Assembly: GCA_964019425.1 (NCBI GenBank)
Contig: OZ025780.1
Span: 744,001 to 808,000, forward strand
From: Flectonema sp. DT1601
Taxonomy: Eukaryota
Direction of reading: 5' to 3'
Length of the DNA stretch: 64,000 nt
Below are positions 42,653 through 54,661 of this stretch, one piece after another; the first letter of the stretch is position 1, and every line of letters starts with the position of its first letter. Under the pieces are notes generated by a model. The model made no database searches. It worked only from the letters and a program-made list of their open reading frames with translations, and had not been told where the DNA came from. A program made the position numbers and the translations under genes.

Positions 42653-45600
42653 ATGTCTGATATATCGCCGCTGAGAATACTTAGTTGGAATGCGCTGTCG
42701 ATGGTAAAACACCATGAATCTCTGGTACGGCTCGTTCAATCGGCTAATCCTGACATCCTCCATATTCAAGAAACTTGGCTCACTGATCTGGTTCTTGATG
42801 AACAGATTCAACTTCAGGGATACACCTGCTTCCGTAGGGACAGAATCAGATTAAATTTTGATGGCAAGGCAAAACGCGGTGGTGGACTGGCGACTTTCTG
42901 CAGGGACTCCCTTGTGGTCAGGAGATTATCGGATCCAACTGAGCGTAATTCACCGTTTGAGGTGTTAGTTGTCAGGTAATGACAGACATCGGTCCGATTA
43001 CGTCTTCTAATGTGTATATTCCGCAGAATTTCTTGGTTCCGACCTCTGTTGTCTTCGGTGAAGTAGTATGTGGAGATTTCAATGCTCACCATCGGTCGTG
43101 GTCGAGGGTGGTTCCAACAAGTAGTTCGTCGCGAGGTCTGTCAGTTCTTGATTGGATTAACGGAAATGGACTGCAGATTTGCGATGTTCCGCTGGATACA
43201 AGACCTTGTTCAGAGACTTCACCTGATTTGTTTCTTGTCGACAGCAATATTGAGGTGTTGAATGTACACCAGTACAGTGCGTCTGATAGTGGGTCCGACC
43301 ACACGCCAATAGTGGTTGACATCTCGGTATATCCGGGCTGCTCACAAATTACCACTCCCGCTCACCGCCGCTGGTTCTACAACAAGTTCGAGGATGAGCA
43401 CTGGGTCTCATTTCGCGTGCTAACTGAAGCGCGAGCTCATCGTTTGGAGGGGATGTCTAATGTGAACAAGCTTGGATGTGAATTTATTAGTCTAATTGAG
43501 GAGGTGGCTATTGAAACGCTTCCAAACAAATGGTTCAAATCTGATACGAAGCGGAGGAAGAAATTACCTAAGCTGAGACCTGATCTTATTGCGAAAATTG
43601 GTTCTTCAAAAGGAGCGGCCTGGGCCTTCGACAAGCTGCGGGAACTCAGGGGCGGTCGGTCCAATTCAAAGGAAGTTCCGGTAGCTGCTGATGATTTACT
43701 CGACCATTTCTTTGGTGATTCAAAATCCTCACCGTTATTAGTTCCTGATTCGAAGCCTGCTGATTATGATGACTCAAGCTGTGGTTCTTTTTCGATTCAT
43801 GAGTTATACACGGTACTGAAGTCATTGACTCCCTCCCACGGGTCTGGTTTAGATTCTGTTTCTAATAATATGCTGCTTAACTTGGGTCCCCGTATGCTCC
43901 TACTATTGCTTAGACTCGCCTCGCTATCTTTCAGGAGGGGTATCTTTCCCTCTTGCATGAAAAAGGCCAAGGTGATAATAATTCCGAAGGGAGGAGATCG
44001 TGACCCGCTTCTTCCGTCTTCTTAGAGACCAATCTCTTTGACGTCAATTGTTTCGAAGTGCTTGGAGTCGCTTGTGGGTAATCGATGTGAACATTTGTTG
44101 GAGGGGAAGTTGGACCCCAGGCAGTCTGGTTTTACGCCGGGCAGGAATGTAGAAGAGAACATCTCGCTATTGGTGGATGCGGCTTCCGGTGTGCAGAAAC
44201 TCTATGATGGTTATGGAGCGATCATCCTCTTTGATATCTCTGGGGCATTCGATAACGTGGATCATCAAATACTCGTTGATAGATTGGTAGCTGTCCTACC
44301 GGTTCCGTATGTTAAATGGCTTGCGAACTATCTTTCGGATAGAAATGTGAGTCTGTCTCTGGGATTAGATAATGGATCCAGATCCTGTACGAAGGGGGTC
44401 CCTCAAGGATCTGTGCTTGGTCCTCTCTTATTTCGGATCTTTGTCGACTCCCTGCCAGGTCTAATAAGTGATGCTGATCTCAGTGTTCTGTTTGCTGATG
44501 ATCTTGCCGTGTTTCTGCAACATGAGAAGATAGATGGGATCGAAGCGAAGGGCCTGTCCGTCATCTCTCAGATAGAAGGTTGGATGGTTTCCTCTAAGAT
44601 GGCTCCCATCGTCTGTTGAAGAGTTACACATGCCTACCGGCTCTGCCGGTGCTCTCACTGAGAAGCTTTCTCCATCAATAGGGGCAGTTCTGGATCTCGC
44701 TGATGCTTTGCTGCCACTGGAGATTGATGGTTACCCGGTGACGAGACGTTCTGACTTTGTCTGACTGGCCTGTGCTCGTAAGAGCAAGGAGTTCAGGCTG
44801 AAAGCAGCGATCCCACTGAAACGTGTCAGGAGCGCGGAATACCTAGGAGTTATCATTGATGACTCGCTATGCTTCGACGAACAGGTGGATAGGATTGTGA
44901 AAACAATTCGAGCTGGTTGCGGTTTACTCAAAATGTTCTCTGCCTATGAGGTCAAAACTGTTACCCTTCGTCAGCTTGTAGATGGCGCAGTGTTATCTCG
45001 AGCGTTCTTTGGACTAAAGGCTTTTTCTCCCTTTTTGTCTGATGTTCAGATCAAGCGGATCGAAGCGTGCTTGCGTCATCTACGGATAAGACTCACTGGT
45101 TGCTCGTTCTCGACGAAGGATGTGGTGCTCACAGTTGAGTCGCGAATTCCACCGCTGCAACAAACGATATCTAGGCTCCTTGCCCTAGTTCATGAAGATC
45201 TGCTAAGGCGACAACCTGAATGTCCTTCATGGAGGCTGTTTAACAGTGGTGAGAAGAAGAGACCATGGCAGACTAGAGTTGAAGCCTGTTCCTCGGAATT
45301 TTCTCTGTCAGAGCTTAGGTCCCAGAAAGTTCTGCCACATCAGTATCCTCCGTGGTCGAAACATCCTCCTTTGGTTGTAAACACGTCCTGCGGTTATGAC
45401 AAGACTGACACACCTGAGGAGAAGTATGCTGTGGCGATGACGACCCTCAATGAACTGCCCCCGTGTGTTGCTGAAGTCTACACTGATGCCTCAGTCTTCC
45501 ATGACGAGGAGCGGGGATTATTATGTGGGGGGGCTGCTGTTCTGCTAGTTGCTGGCAAGGTCATTGAGAAGCTCTCCAAGTTCCAACCGTCCCTCACGAT

Positions 45601-46612
45601 TTACAATGCAGAACAACTAGCACTATTGTCAGCCCTTGAACTACTAGAGGAGAATCTTCATGTTGTTTCGCATGGCGTGATTCATATTTTCAGTGATTGT
45701 CAGTCGGCGCTTGCCTCCCTGCATAGGGGGCCATCCAGGCAGTCATCATCAACAAATCGTGAGATTTTTGAACGCTCAGTGCTTCTTGATAGGCCGTTGA
45801 TTTTCCAGCATGTCCCATCTCATTGTGGCATTGCAGGGAATGAACTGGCTGATACACTGGCAAAGAAGGCAGCCTTGCAATCAGTTGACCCTGAACTAAC
45901 TCCGTATGATTTCAGGATGGCTCAATGTTGTATTAAGAAACAAGCAAATTGGAAGGCTATGGGTACTGTGGACTCTTCGCATTCATACAGCAAAGCGACT
46001 CTAGGATCTGGCCCTCAGCGTTTCCTTCCCTGTCTCACTAGGGGGCAGGAGGTAGAATTGTCTCGTCTGCGAACCTCTCACCATAGGCTTGTAAAGCTAC
46101 CGAGGGTCACCGCGGGCTTTAAATGTTGTCTGTTCTGTGGCTTTCAGGATACCTCTACCGAGCATCTGCTGCTTGATTGCGTTGAGACCAGGGAATTGGT
46201 AAAGCAAACCATGAGATTTCCGACACCTGATGATGAGCTATCTCTGGATATGTTCTTTCGAACCGAATGGCAGCCTTTCACGTTGTTATTGATCAGCAAG
46301 CTTGATAATCATCTTAAAGAGTTATCTGACAATCCGTTGTTGTTGAAGTTTCCGCTTCAGGGTATTTTTGTGAGGAAGAAACTAATCACACACATCGAAA
46401 GGAAGACAAGTTTCTCGCTACTGGGTTCTGATGTGAAGGAATATGTTATGGAACTTATTGATAACGCTTATAAAGCTACCGATTTAAATGTTGTTATTGA
46501 CGACCTTTCTATGGTTAATGTGCTGGTCAATCCTAGCTGGTCGGAATCCAAGCTTTCTAAGTTCCTCTCTCGCCTAAGTCGCCTCCTGCGAAGTAATCCC
46601 CGAGGTAGATGA
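42653..46612 (+). pseudogene. LINE ORF2 (AP endonuclease - reverse transcriptase - RNase H - CCHC) with frameshifts and stops
   Basis: APE: ILSWNA, IQETWL, CGDFNAHH, SDHTPI. RT: RPISLTS, FDISGAFDNV, GVPQGSVLGPLLF, FADD, YLGV. RNase H: YTDAS, AEQLA, FSDCQS, HVPSHCGIAGNELAD. CLFC...EHLLLDC. Lesions at ~42979, 44023, ~44605 and ~44762. Confidence 0.92.
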
Positions 46613-47008
46613 TGAACGTCTCTTTCCTCTAGTGTAATTTCTTATTTTATTTATTAGTATCATTTCTCTTACTTATCATTACTTTATTTCTTTTTTTCTG
46701 ATCTAATGTGGCGTGTTCTCCCTCTCTTTGGCGAAAATTGGCGTTATCAGCCGTCTCTAACACTGTCTGCTCGCGTGGACGGTGGGTTTAGGTAGTCATT
46801 TGTTCCAGGTTATTCTACGTCTCTTATCGTCTGTGAGAGTCTCACGGTTGCTGGTAGCGATATAACTGTTACTCTGTGAGCTTTTCCTGGCTTTTGGCTT
46901 CCTAGGCTTCGTAAATAAATAAATAAAAATAAATAAAAGTGAATCTGTTGACTCTTCAGTCACTATCTTTTGTTCCCTCTTCAGGTGTGGAGAAATAGCA
47001 AAGAACTA

Positions 47009-49227
47009 ATGCGTTTGTTTTTTGAGTACTTTTTCTCTGAAGACGATACGGAGGAAACAAGACATAAAAAGAGGATAATGGTCACACTGTGTCTGGCGAT
47101 AAGTATTGTCTCTTGTTGTTCAGTTGCTTTTTTAGAATTTTCTGTTATCATTGTAACTATTTATATTGTTGTATTTTGTAGTATATTATGTTGTTATTGT
47201 TAAAGTGGTTTATAACACAGAAGATTCCCGATAGAGATATAGCAGTATTCTTAATATTATGGTTGGCATTAGTCCTGTATAAAGACATCCTTCAAGCCAG
47301 TGAAATGCAAACCCCAATTTGGCCCGCGGCGGTAGTTCTTCTGGACATCAGTTTAATATGCAAGCTGCCTTATTCCGTTACAACGTCCTTAGTTCTTGCT
47401 GTCTGTGTTCATCTTGTCGTCACCGGTATTGAAAATAGTACTCGCTTTGGTCTTTATGATGTTGTTGGAAGTACTAAAATGAGACACCTCAGGGGATGCT
47501 TTAACATCTCTCCTGAGGAAATTGAAGCGACTCCTTGTAAAGTACCATTCCTTCTTGCGGGTACAGATACAATGTTATTTATGTCAATATTTCTCCTGGA
47601 CTACTATGCCACCCGAAGCTTTGCCATGGGCATGTTTAGAGAAAAGGCAAAACTTCAAGCGAGTGTCTCACTTGCGGAAACTGTTGTCGCTGCTCTTGTT
47701 CGCTTCGATCTCGAAGAAGCCGCAACCTGCATCGGAAATGAGGAGTACACTCCTCTATCTGAAGTCCTCAGCAAGTTGCTTCAAAACCTTCATCGGTATC
47801 GACCCTACCTGCCAGACTCTCTGTTTGAACTTTCTGAGGAAACTTTTCACGTGAGTGTGTCGCCTCCCCAAGATCAAGCGGCGATTCTCTTCACTGACTT
47901 GAAGTCTTCGACTGCTATATGGGAAGCCAGTCCCGATGCTATGAAACGAGCTTTGAAAATGCACAACAACATCATCAGAAGTTGTCTTGGTGACTACGGA
48001 GGTTACGAAGTGAAGACAATTGGAGATGCTTTCATGGTCGCCTTTGAGGATATGACAAGCGGGTGTTCATTTGCGATGGCTGTGCAGGAGAAGATAATGT
48101 CAACGACTTGGCCGACTGAACTAATACTTCCTGATAACTTTATTAGCAACGGATGGAATGGTTTAGTGCTGAGAATTGGAATTCATTTTGGAGAAGTCAC
48201 TACTGAGGTGAGCAAGCTGAGTGGCCGTACAGACTACTTCGGCCGAACAGTAAACAGAGCAGCTCGTTTAGAAGGCGCATGCACACCTGGAGGTATTGCT
48301 ATTTCTAACTCTATGTTGGATCAAATGCCATGTGCAGGAGGTTGGTATCACGAGAACACTGCTGAAATCTTGAAGGGAATAGATGAGAACCCTGTGGAAA
48401 TTACTCTTTTTCAATTGAACGAAACAAAGAATAGAGTTCCTTCAATGTTAGAAAATTCTTCTGTCGGTAGCACAGTATCTTGCAGTACACCAGAAAGTCC
48501 CCTTGCACGAGCTGGGAAGAAAGGAAGCGCCACTACAGGTACTGTGAGACTTGCCATCCCTGATGTCCACCACGCAATACACGGTGTCGACAATGCGCTA
48601 TCTAGAGCTATATCCTGTTTAGAACGTACTGAGGGTTCAATTATTGCTGTTGTTTCATCATTCATCACTATTGGATGGAATACCGTAAGAGCAACACCAA
48701 CTCATGTTGAGAACAGTGTTCGATTCACATCATTAATGTATTCCACCTTCTCATCACCTGGTGAGATATTTATTGGACTCTCATCCAGTCCAGTTCACTG
48801 TGGAACTGTTGGAACGAAAGAACAGAGATTTGTGACTGTTTTTGGAGACTGTGTTGCCGCCTGTGGTTTGCTGTGTCAGGCTTGCTATGATATTGGTGCC
48901 TTTGCTCTTTGTACTGCTGAAACGATAAAGGATTTCCCTGTTCGTCCTGTTGACCGATGGAAACTAAATACAAACGATGATGAAATAACGACTATCGATA
49001 TTTATGAACTTAACGCACCTGAGTTGAAGAGTTGCCTCTGTTCACCTCTTCTTAATGATAATTTAGACAATACTGCTTTTACTGAATGGGGTTGGAGTAA
49101 ATCGTACTGGACAGCCTTTAACAACAAAGACTGGGAAACAATAAAAAAACAATCCACACGTAGTAGAGTCTTGAGATGCGTAGCTGACATGTTACGAAGT
49201 GGAAATTCCCTGAGATGTAGTTTCTGA
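47009..49227 (+). pseudogene. Adenylate cyclase copy 7, frameshifted in TM2
   Basis: 5-nt insertion (AGT atatt ATGTTG, ~47183-47187) relative to copy 6 gives a stop ending at 47203; the rest of the frame is intact. Confidence 0.8.
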
Positions 49228-49539
49228 TACTCGATTTGACAATAATGAGCCAATTCTAAGAACATTCTAATTCCCTTTGTATTCTTTAAACTTGCTCTAA
49301 AAGAAAAGATGATTCTTAGCTTTTCAGCTTTAATTAACTTTTCTGCTTTTATTGACTTTGAATTAGATAAAGCAATCTTACTGATAATATTACTTTTTTA
49401 AAACATGTGTTGGGAAGGTGATGACGTTCAGTTTTTATTTAACTTCTCCTGATGACACATCATATAAAAGTGAATCTGTTGACTCTTCAGTCACTATCTT
49501 TTGTTCCCTCTTCAGGTGTGGAGAAATAGCAAAGAACAA

Positions 49540-51753
49540 ATGCGTTCATTATTTGAGTACTTTTTCTCCGAAGACGATACGGAGGAGACAAGACATAAAA
49601 AGAGGATAATGGTCACACTGTGTCTGGCGATCACAAGTGTCGCATCCATTGCAGCAACTTTGCGTGTCTTCAAGCTTCGCATCTTAATCCATTTTATCCC
49701 TGGAGCTTATAGTTTACTGTTACTGTTAAAGTGGTTTATAACAAAGAAGATTCCCGATAAAGATATAGCAGTATTCTTAATTTTATGGTTGGCATTAGTC
49801 CTGTATAAAGACATCCTTCAAGCCAGTGAAATGCAAACCCCTTTTTGGCCCGCGGCGGTAGTTCTTCTGGACATCAGTTTAATATGCAAGCTGCCTTATT
49901 CCGTTACAACGTCCTTAGTTCTTGCTGTCTGTGTTCATCTTGTCGTCACTGGTATTGAACAGGGTACTCGCTTTGGTCTTTATGATGTCGTTGGAAGTAC
50001 TAAAATGAGAAACATCAGGGATTGCTTTAACATCACTCCTGAGGAAATTGAAGCGACTCCTTGTAAAGTACCATTCCTTCTTGCGGGTACAGATACAATG
50101 TTATTTATGTCAATATTTCTCCTGGACTACTATGCCACCCGAAGCTTTGCCATGGGCATGTTTAGAGAAAAGGCAAAACTTCAAGCGAGTGTCTCACTTG
50201 CGGAAACTGTTGTCGCTGCTCTTGTTCGCTTCGATCTCGAAGAAGCCGCAACCTGCATCGGAAATGAGGAGTACACTCCTCTATCTGAAGTCCTCAACAA
50301 AATGCTTCAAAACCTTCATCGGTATCGACCCTACCTGCCAGACTCTCTGTTTGAATTTTCTGAGGAAACTTTTCACGTGAGTGTGTCGCCTCCCCAAGAT
50401 CAAGCGGCGATTCTCTTCACTGACTTGAAGTCTTCGACTGCTATATGGGAAGCCAGTCCTGATGCTATGAAACGAGCTTTGAAAATGCACAACAACATCA
50501 TCAGAAGTTGTCTTGGTGACTACGGAGGTTACGAAGTGAAGACAATTGGAGATGCTTTCATGGTCGCCTTTGAGGATATGACAAGCGGGTGTTCATTTGC
50601 GATGGCTGTGCAGGAGAAGATAATGTCAACGACTTGGCCGACTGAACTAATACTTCCTGATAACTTTATTAGCAACGGATGGAATGGTTTAGTGCTGAGA
50701 ATTGGAATTCATTTTGGAGAAGTCACTACTGAGGTGAGCAAGCTGAGTGGCCGTACAGACTACTTCGGCCGAACAGTAAACAGAGCAGCTCGTTTAGAAG
50801 GCGCATGCACACCTGGAGGTATTGCTATTTCTAACTCTATGTTGGATCAAATGCCATGTGCAGGAGGTTGGTATCACGAGAACACTGCTGAAATCTTGAA
50901 AGGAATAGATGAGAACCCTGTGGAAATTACTCTTTTTCAATTAAACGAAACAAAGAATAGAGTTCCTTCAATGTTAGAAAATTCTTCTGTCGGTAGCACA
51001 GTATCTTGCAGTACACCAGAAAGTCCCCTTGCGCGAGCTGGGAAGAAAGGAAGCGCCACTACAGGTACTGTGAGACTTGCCATCCCTGATGTCCACCACG
51101 CAATACACGGTGTCGACAATGCGCTATCTAGAGCTATATCCTGTTTAGAACGTACTGAGGGTTCAATTATTGCTGTTGTTTCATCATTCATCACTATTGG
51201 ATGGAATACCGTAAGAGCAACACCAACTCATGTTGAGAACAGTGTTCGATTCACATCATTAATGTATTCCACCTTCTCATCACCTGGTGAGATATTTATT
51301 GGACTCTCATCCAGTCCAGTTCACTGTGGAACTGTTGGAACGAAAGAACAGAGATTTGTGACTGTTTTTGGAGACTGTGTTGCCGCCTGTGGTTTGCTGT
51401 GTCAGGCTTGCTATGATATTGGTGCCTTTGCTCTTTGTACTGCTGAAACGATAAAGGATTTCCCTGTTCGTCCTGTTGACCGATGGAAACTAAATACAAA
51501 CGATGATGAAATAACGACTATCGATATTTATGAACTTAACGCACCTGAGTTGAAGAGTTGCCTCTGTTCACCTCTTCTTAATGATAATTTAGACAATACT
51601 GCTTTTACTGAATGGGGTTGGAGTAAATCGTACTGGACAGCCTTTAACAACAAAGACTGGGAAACAATAAAAAAACAATCCACACGTAGTAGAGTCTTGA
51701 GATGCGTAGCTGACATGTTACGAAGTGGAAGTTCCCTGAGATGTAGTTTCTGA
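49540..51753 (+). CDS. Multi-TM adenylate cyclase, copy 8
   Basis: Paralog with intact catalytic motifs; ends LRCSF*. Confidence 0.92.
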   Translation: MRSLFEYFFSEDDTEETRHKKRIMVTLCLAITSVASIAATLRVFKLRILIHFIPGAYSLLLLLKWFITKKIPDKDIAVFLILWLALVLYKDILQASEMQTPFWPAAVVLLDISLICKLPYSVTTSLVLAVCVHLVVTGIEQGTRFGLYDVVGSTKMRNIRDCFNITPEEIEATPCKVPFLLAGTDTMLFMSIFLLDYYATRSFAMGMFREKAKLQASVSLAETVVAALVRFDLEEAATCIGNEEYTPLSEVLNKMLQNLHRYRPYLPDSLFEFSEETFHVSVSPPQDQAAILFTDLKSSTAIWEASPDAMKRALKMHNNIIRSCLGDYGGYEVKTIGDAFMVAFEDMTSGCSFAMAVQEKIMSTTWPTELILPDNFISNGWNGLVLRIGIHFGEVTTEVSKLSGRTDYFGRTVNRAARLEGACTPGGIAISNSMLDQMPCAGGWYHENTAEILKGIDENPVEITLFQLNETKNRVPSMLENSSVGSTVSCSTPESPLARAGKKGSATTGTVRLAIPDVHHAIHGVDNALSRAISCLERTEGSIIAVVSSFITIGWNTVRATPTHVENSVRFTSLMYSTFSSPGEIFIGLSSSPVHCGTVGTKEQRFVTVFGDCVAACGLLCQACYDIGAFALCTAETIKDFPVRPVDRWKLNTNDDEITTIDIYELNAPELKSCLCSPLLNDNLDNTAFTEWGWSKSYWTAFNNKDWETIKKQSTRSRVLRCVADMLRSGSSLRCSF

Positions 51754-52438
51754 TGCCATTATTATTGTCAATAATTATTGTTAAGTATTATTATTATTTT
51801 GTCTAAGTTATGATAAGATGCCTTATCGTGTTATTTCAATTATACTGTTTCAGCCGCAGCATTTATTTTACATAAAGTGAAAACAAGGAGGACTCACTTT
51901 ATTGCAAGGATGACTTGCTTTATTGTTGCACTAGTTTTCATTTAAATCCATGATCATACGTGACATTCTTGAGGATAAAAAACGATCTAAGTCTCTCTTT
52001 CGATCATTTTGACAAGATGTATCAAACTACAGATTTGGTTTCTATATGGTACCAATAAAATATTGCGAACATAGGACTAAGTAAACGCAAAATGGATGAC
52101 TCAGCTAATAACTCGACTGATAGTGAAACGAGCAGGAATCGAAGATTAAAATCTTAATTAAACGAAAGCAAATTAAGCAAATACTTGTATTGCATTATTG
52201 ATTTGTATTGGATTGGAAAACTTTCTCTAAAAAAGAAAAGATGATTCTTAGCTTTTCAGCTTTAGTTAACTTTTCTGTTATTATTGACTTTGAATTAGAT
52301 AAAGCAATCTTACTGATAATATTACTTTTTTAAAACATGTGTTGGGAAGGTGATGACGTTCAGTTTTTATTTAACTTTCGAATGTTAGACGTGTAGTGAG
52401 TTACAGTTTTAAGGTATCGCAAAAGGGTTTCAAAATAA

Positions 52439-54661
52439 ATGCGGTCGCCCTACGAGTTGTTCTTTTCTGATGATGACACGTCGGAAACAAAGCATAAAAA
52501 AAAGATAGTAATAACTATGTGTGTTGTGGCTAGTTTTGTTACTTTTAGTGCTTCACCGACGAAAGAGTTTGACGCAGCTCTAGCACTCGGCTTAACTGCA
52601 TCTGTATGCAGCGTAGCTTTATTGATACGGTGGTACATAACCAAGCGTATTGCTGATTCAGAAGCGGTGTTTTTTATGTTAATTTGGTTCATTGTGGTAT
52701 TATCTTCTGACCTTATATTATTGAGTGAGATGGGTGAACCAGTCTGGCCAGCAACTGTTGTACTTCTCGATGCTATCTTACTTTGCAGACTTCCGCAATC
52801 CATAGGCACGGCATTTGTAGTAATGGTGTGTCTATATTTAATTACTGTCGGTATTGAAAGGGCATCACGATTTGGGTTATTCGATATTACTGGAGGGATC
52901 AAGATGAGAGGAATCGGAGGCTGTTTTAACATCACACCCGAAGAAATTAGCGCAACGCCGTGTCAACTGATGGTGTCGGATGCGTTCATGAGCACGGTAT
53001 TCTACTTGGGGGTGTTCCTGATGGATTATTTCGCAACCCGAAGCTTTGCCGTGGGTATGCAAAGAGAAAAGGCAAAACTTCAAGCGAGTGTCTCACTTGC
53101 GGAAACTGTTGTCGCTGCTCTTGTTCGCTTCGATCTCGAAGAAGCCGCAACCTGCATCGGAAATGAAGAGCACACTCCTCTCTCTGAAGTCCTCAACAGG
53201 TTGCTTCAAAACCTTCATCAGTATCGACCCTACCTGCCAGACTCTCTGTTTGAACTTTCTAATGAGAACGGATACCAAGTAGCTGTGCGACCTCCTCAAG
53301 ATCACGTCGCAATCATATTCACAGACTTGAAATCTTCTACCTGTTTATGGGAAGCCAGTCCTGATGCTATGAAACGAGCTTTGAAAATTCACAACAACAT
53401 CATCAGAAGTTGTCTTGGTGACTACGGAGGTTACGAAGTGAAGACAATTGGAGATGCTTTCATGGTCGCCTTTGAGGATATGACAAGCGGGTGTTGGTTT
53501 GCGATGGCTGTGCAGGAGAAGATAATGTCAACGACTTGGCCGACTGAACTAATACTTCCTGATAACTTTATTAGCAACGGATGGAATGGTTTAGTGCTGA
53601 GAATTGGAATTCATTTTGGAGAAGTCACTACTGAGGTCAGTGAATTGACAGGTCGGACGGACTACTTCGGCCGAACAGTAAACAGAGCAGCTCGTTTAGA
53701 AGGCGCATGCACACCTGGAGGTATTGCTATAGACATGGCACTCTTATGTCATGTACCCACAGCAGAAGAATGGTATCACGAGACCACTGCTGAAATTCTA
53801 AAGGGAATAGATGAAAATCCTGTTGAGATAATTATCCTACGACTTGAGGTTTCCAAGAGACGTATTCTATCATCTCCAAACATACCTTCTGCTGACGACA
53901 TTCTATTCCCGTCGTCTTACACACCAATTTCAGTAATGGAACATATATTCAGCGCCACAACTTGTGTGATGAGGTTAGATATCGTAACCATTCCTCAGCA
54001 ACAATCCTTTCAGGAATATGTTAATGGTATTTTGAGTAGAGCTGTGTCTTGTTTAGAACGTACTGAGGGTTCAATTATTGCTGTTGTTTCATCATTCATC
54101 ACTATTGGATGGAATACCGTAAGAGCAACACCAACTCATGTTGAGAACAGTGTTCGATTCACATCATTAATGTATTCCACCTTCTCATCACCTGGTGAGA
54201 TATTTATTGGACTCTCATCCAGTCCAGTTCACTGTGGAACTGTTGGAACGAAAGAACAGAGATTTGTGACTGTTTTTGGAGACTGTGTTGCCGCCTGTGG
54301 TTTGCTGTGTCAGGCTTGCTATGATATTGGTGCCTTTGCTCTCTCTACCTCAAAAGCGATGGAGAGATTCCCTGTTCGTCCTGTTGACGTATGGACAGAA
54401 CGACATGAAACAATCTACGTGTACGAACTTCAGGCTCACAAACTTTGTAACTACTTCAGCGCTTTAACATCAACGTTCTTACTTGAGAAGTGTGGTATTC
54501 TACAGCGCAGTCTAATCGAATGGGGTTGGAGTGACCAGTACAGCTCAGCCTTCGACAGAAGAGATTGGGAAACTATTAGAACAATGGCACCAAATGATGA
54601 AGTGTTGCTTAAGGTTTCCGACATGCTGAGACGAGGTAAATCTTTACGAGTTTTGTCATAA
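52439..54661 (+). CDS. Multi-TM adenylate cyclase, copy 9 (divergent)
   Basis: Same architecture and catalytic motifs; TM region, linker and C-terminus divergent. Confidence 0.92.
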   Translation: MRSPYELFFSDDDTSETKHKKKIVITMCVVASFVTFSASPTKEFDAALALGLTASVCSVALLIRWYITKRIADSEAVFFMLIWFIVVLSSDLILLSEMGEPVWPATVVLLDAILLCRLPQSIGTAFVVMVCLYLITVGIERASRFGLFDITGGIKMRGIGGCFNITPEEISATPCQLMVSDAFMSTVFYLGVFLMDYFATRSFAVGMQREKAKLQASVSLAETVVAALVRFDLEEAATCIGNEEHTPLSEVLNRLLQNLHQYRPYLPDSLFELSNENGYQVAVRPPQDHVAIIFTDLKSSTCLWEASPDAMKRALKIHNNIIRSCLGDYGGYEVKTIGDAFMVAFEDMTSGCWFAMAVQEKIMSTTWPTELILPDNFISNGWNGLVLRIGIHFGEVTTEVSELTGRTDYFGRTVNRAARLEGACTPGGIAIDMALLCHVPTAEEWYHETTAEILKGIDENPVEIIILRLEVSKRRILSSPNIPSADDILFPSSYTPISVMEHIFSATTCVMRLDIVTIPQQQSFQEYVNGILSRAVSCLERTEGSIIAVVSSFITIGWNTVRATPTHVENSVRFTSLMYSTFSSPGEIFIGLSSSPVHCGTVGTKEQRFVTVFGDCVAACGLLCQACYDIGAFALSTSKAMERFPVRPVDVWTERHETIYVYELQAHKLCNYFSALTSTFLLEKCGILQRSLIEWGWSDQYSSAFDRRDWETIRTMAPNDEVLLKVSDMLRRGKSLRVLS

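Larger units (their letters stand above)
40800..46932 (+). mobile_element. Non-LTR retrotransposon (LINE with RNase H, I/Ingi-group-like), ~6.1 kb, ORF2 disabled
   Basis: Interrupts the array spacer at CATATAAAA^GTGAATC with an apparent ATAAAA target duplication; (TAAA)n tail; ORF1 followed by fragmented APE-RT-RNase H-CCHC. Confidence 0.93.

Noticed and set aside
44023..44025. Programmed readthrough or alternative genetic code at the in-frame TAG in LINE ORF2
   Set aside because: Several other frameshifts and stops are present, and host genes use TAA, TAG and TGA as normal stops; simple decay explains it
40800..46932. Diversity-generating retroelement: an RT lying among genes with hypervariable segments
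   Set aside because: The RT belongs to a disabled LINE (APE, RNase H, TAAA tail, target duplication). I see no template repeat, and substitutions among cyclase copies are not obviously adenine-restricted.
19586..54467. Recurrent antisense and alternate-frame ORFs (MHFQSSF..., MMNDETT..., MYLVSIG..., MKRLLVK...)
   Set aside because: They recur only because the cyclase DNA is duplicated; no independent coding evidence
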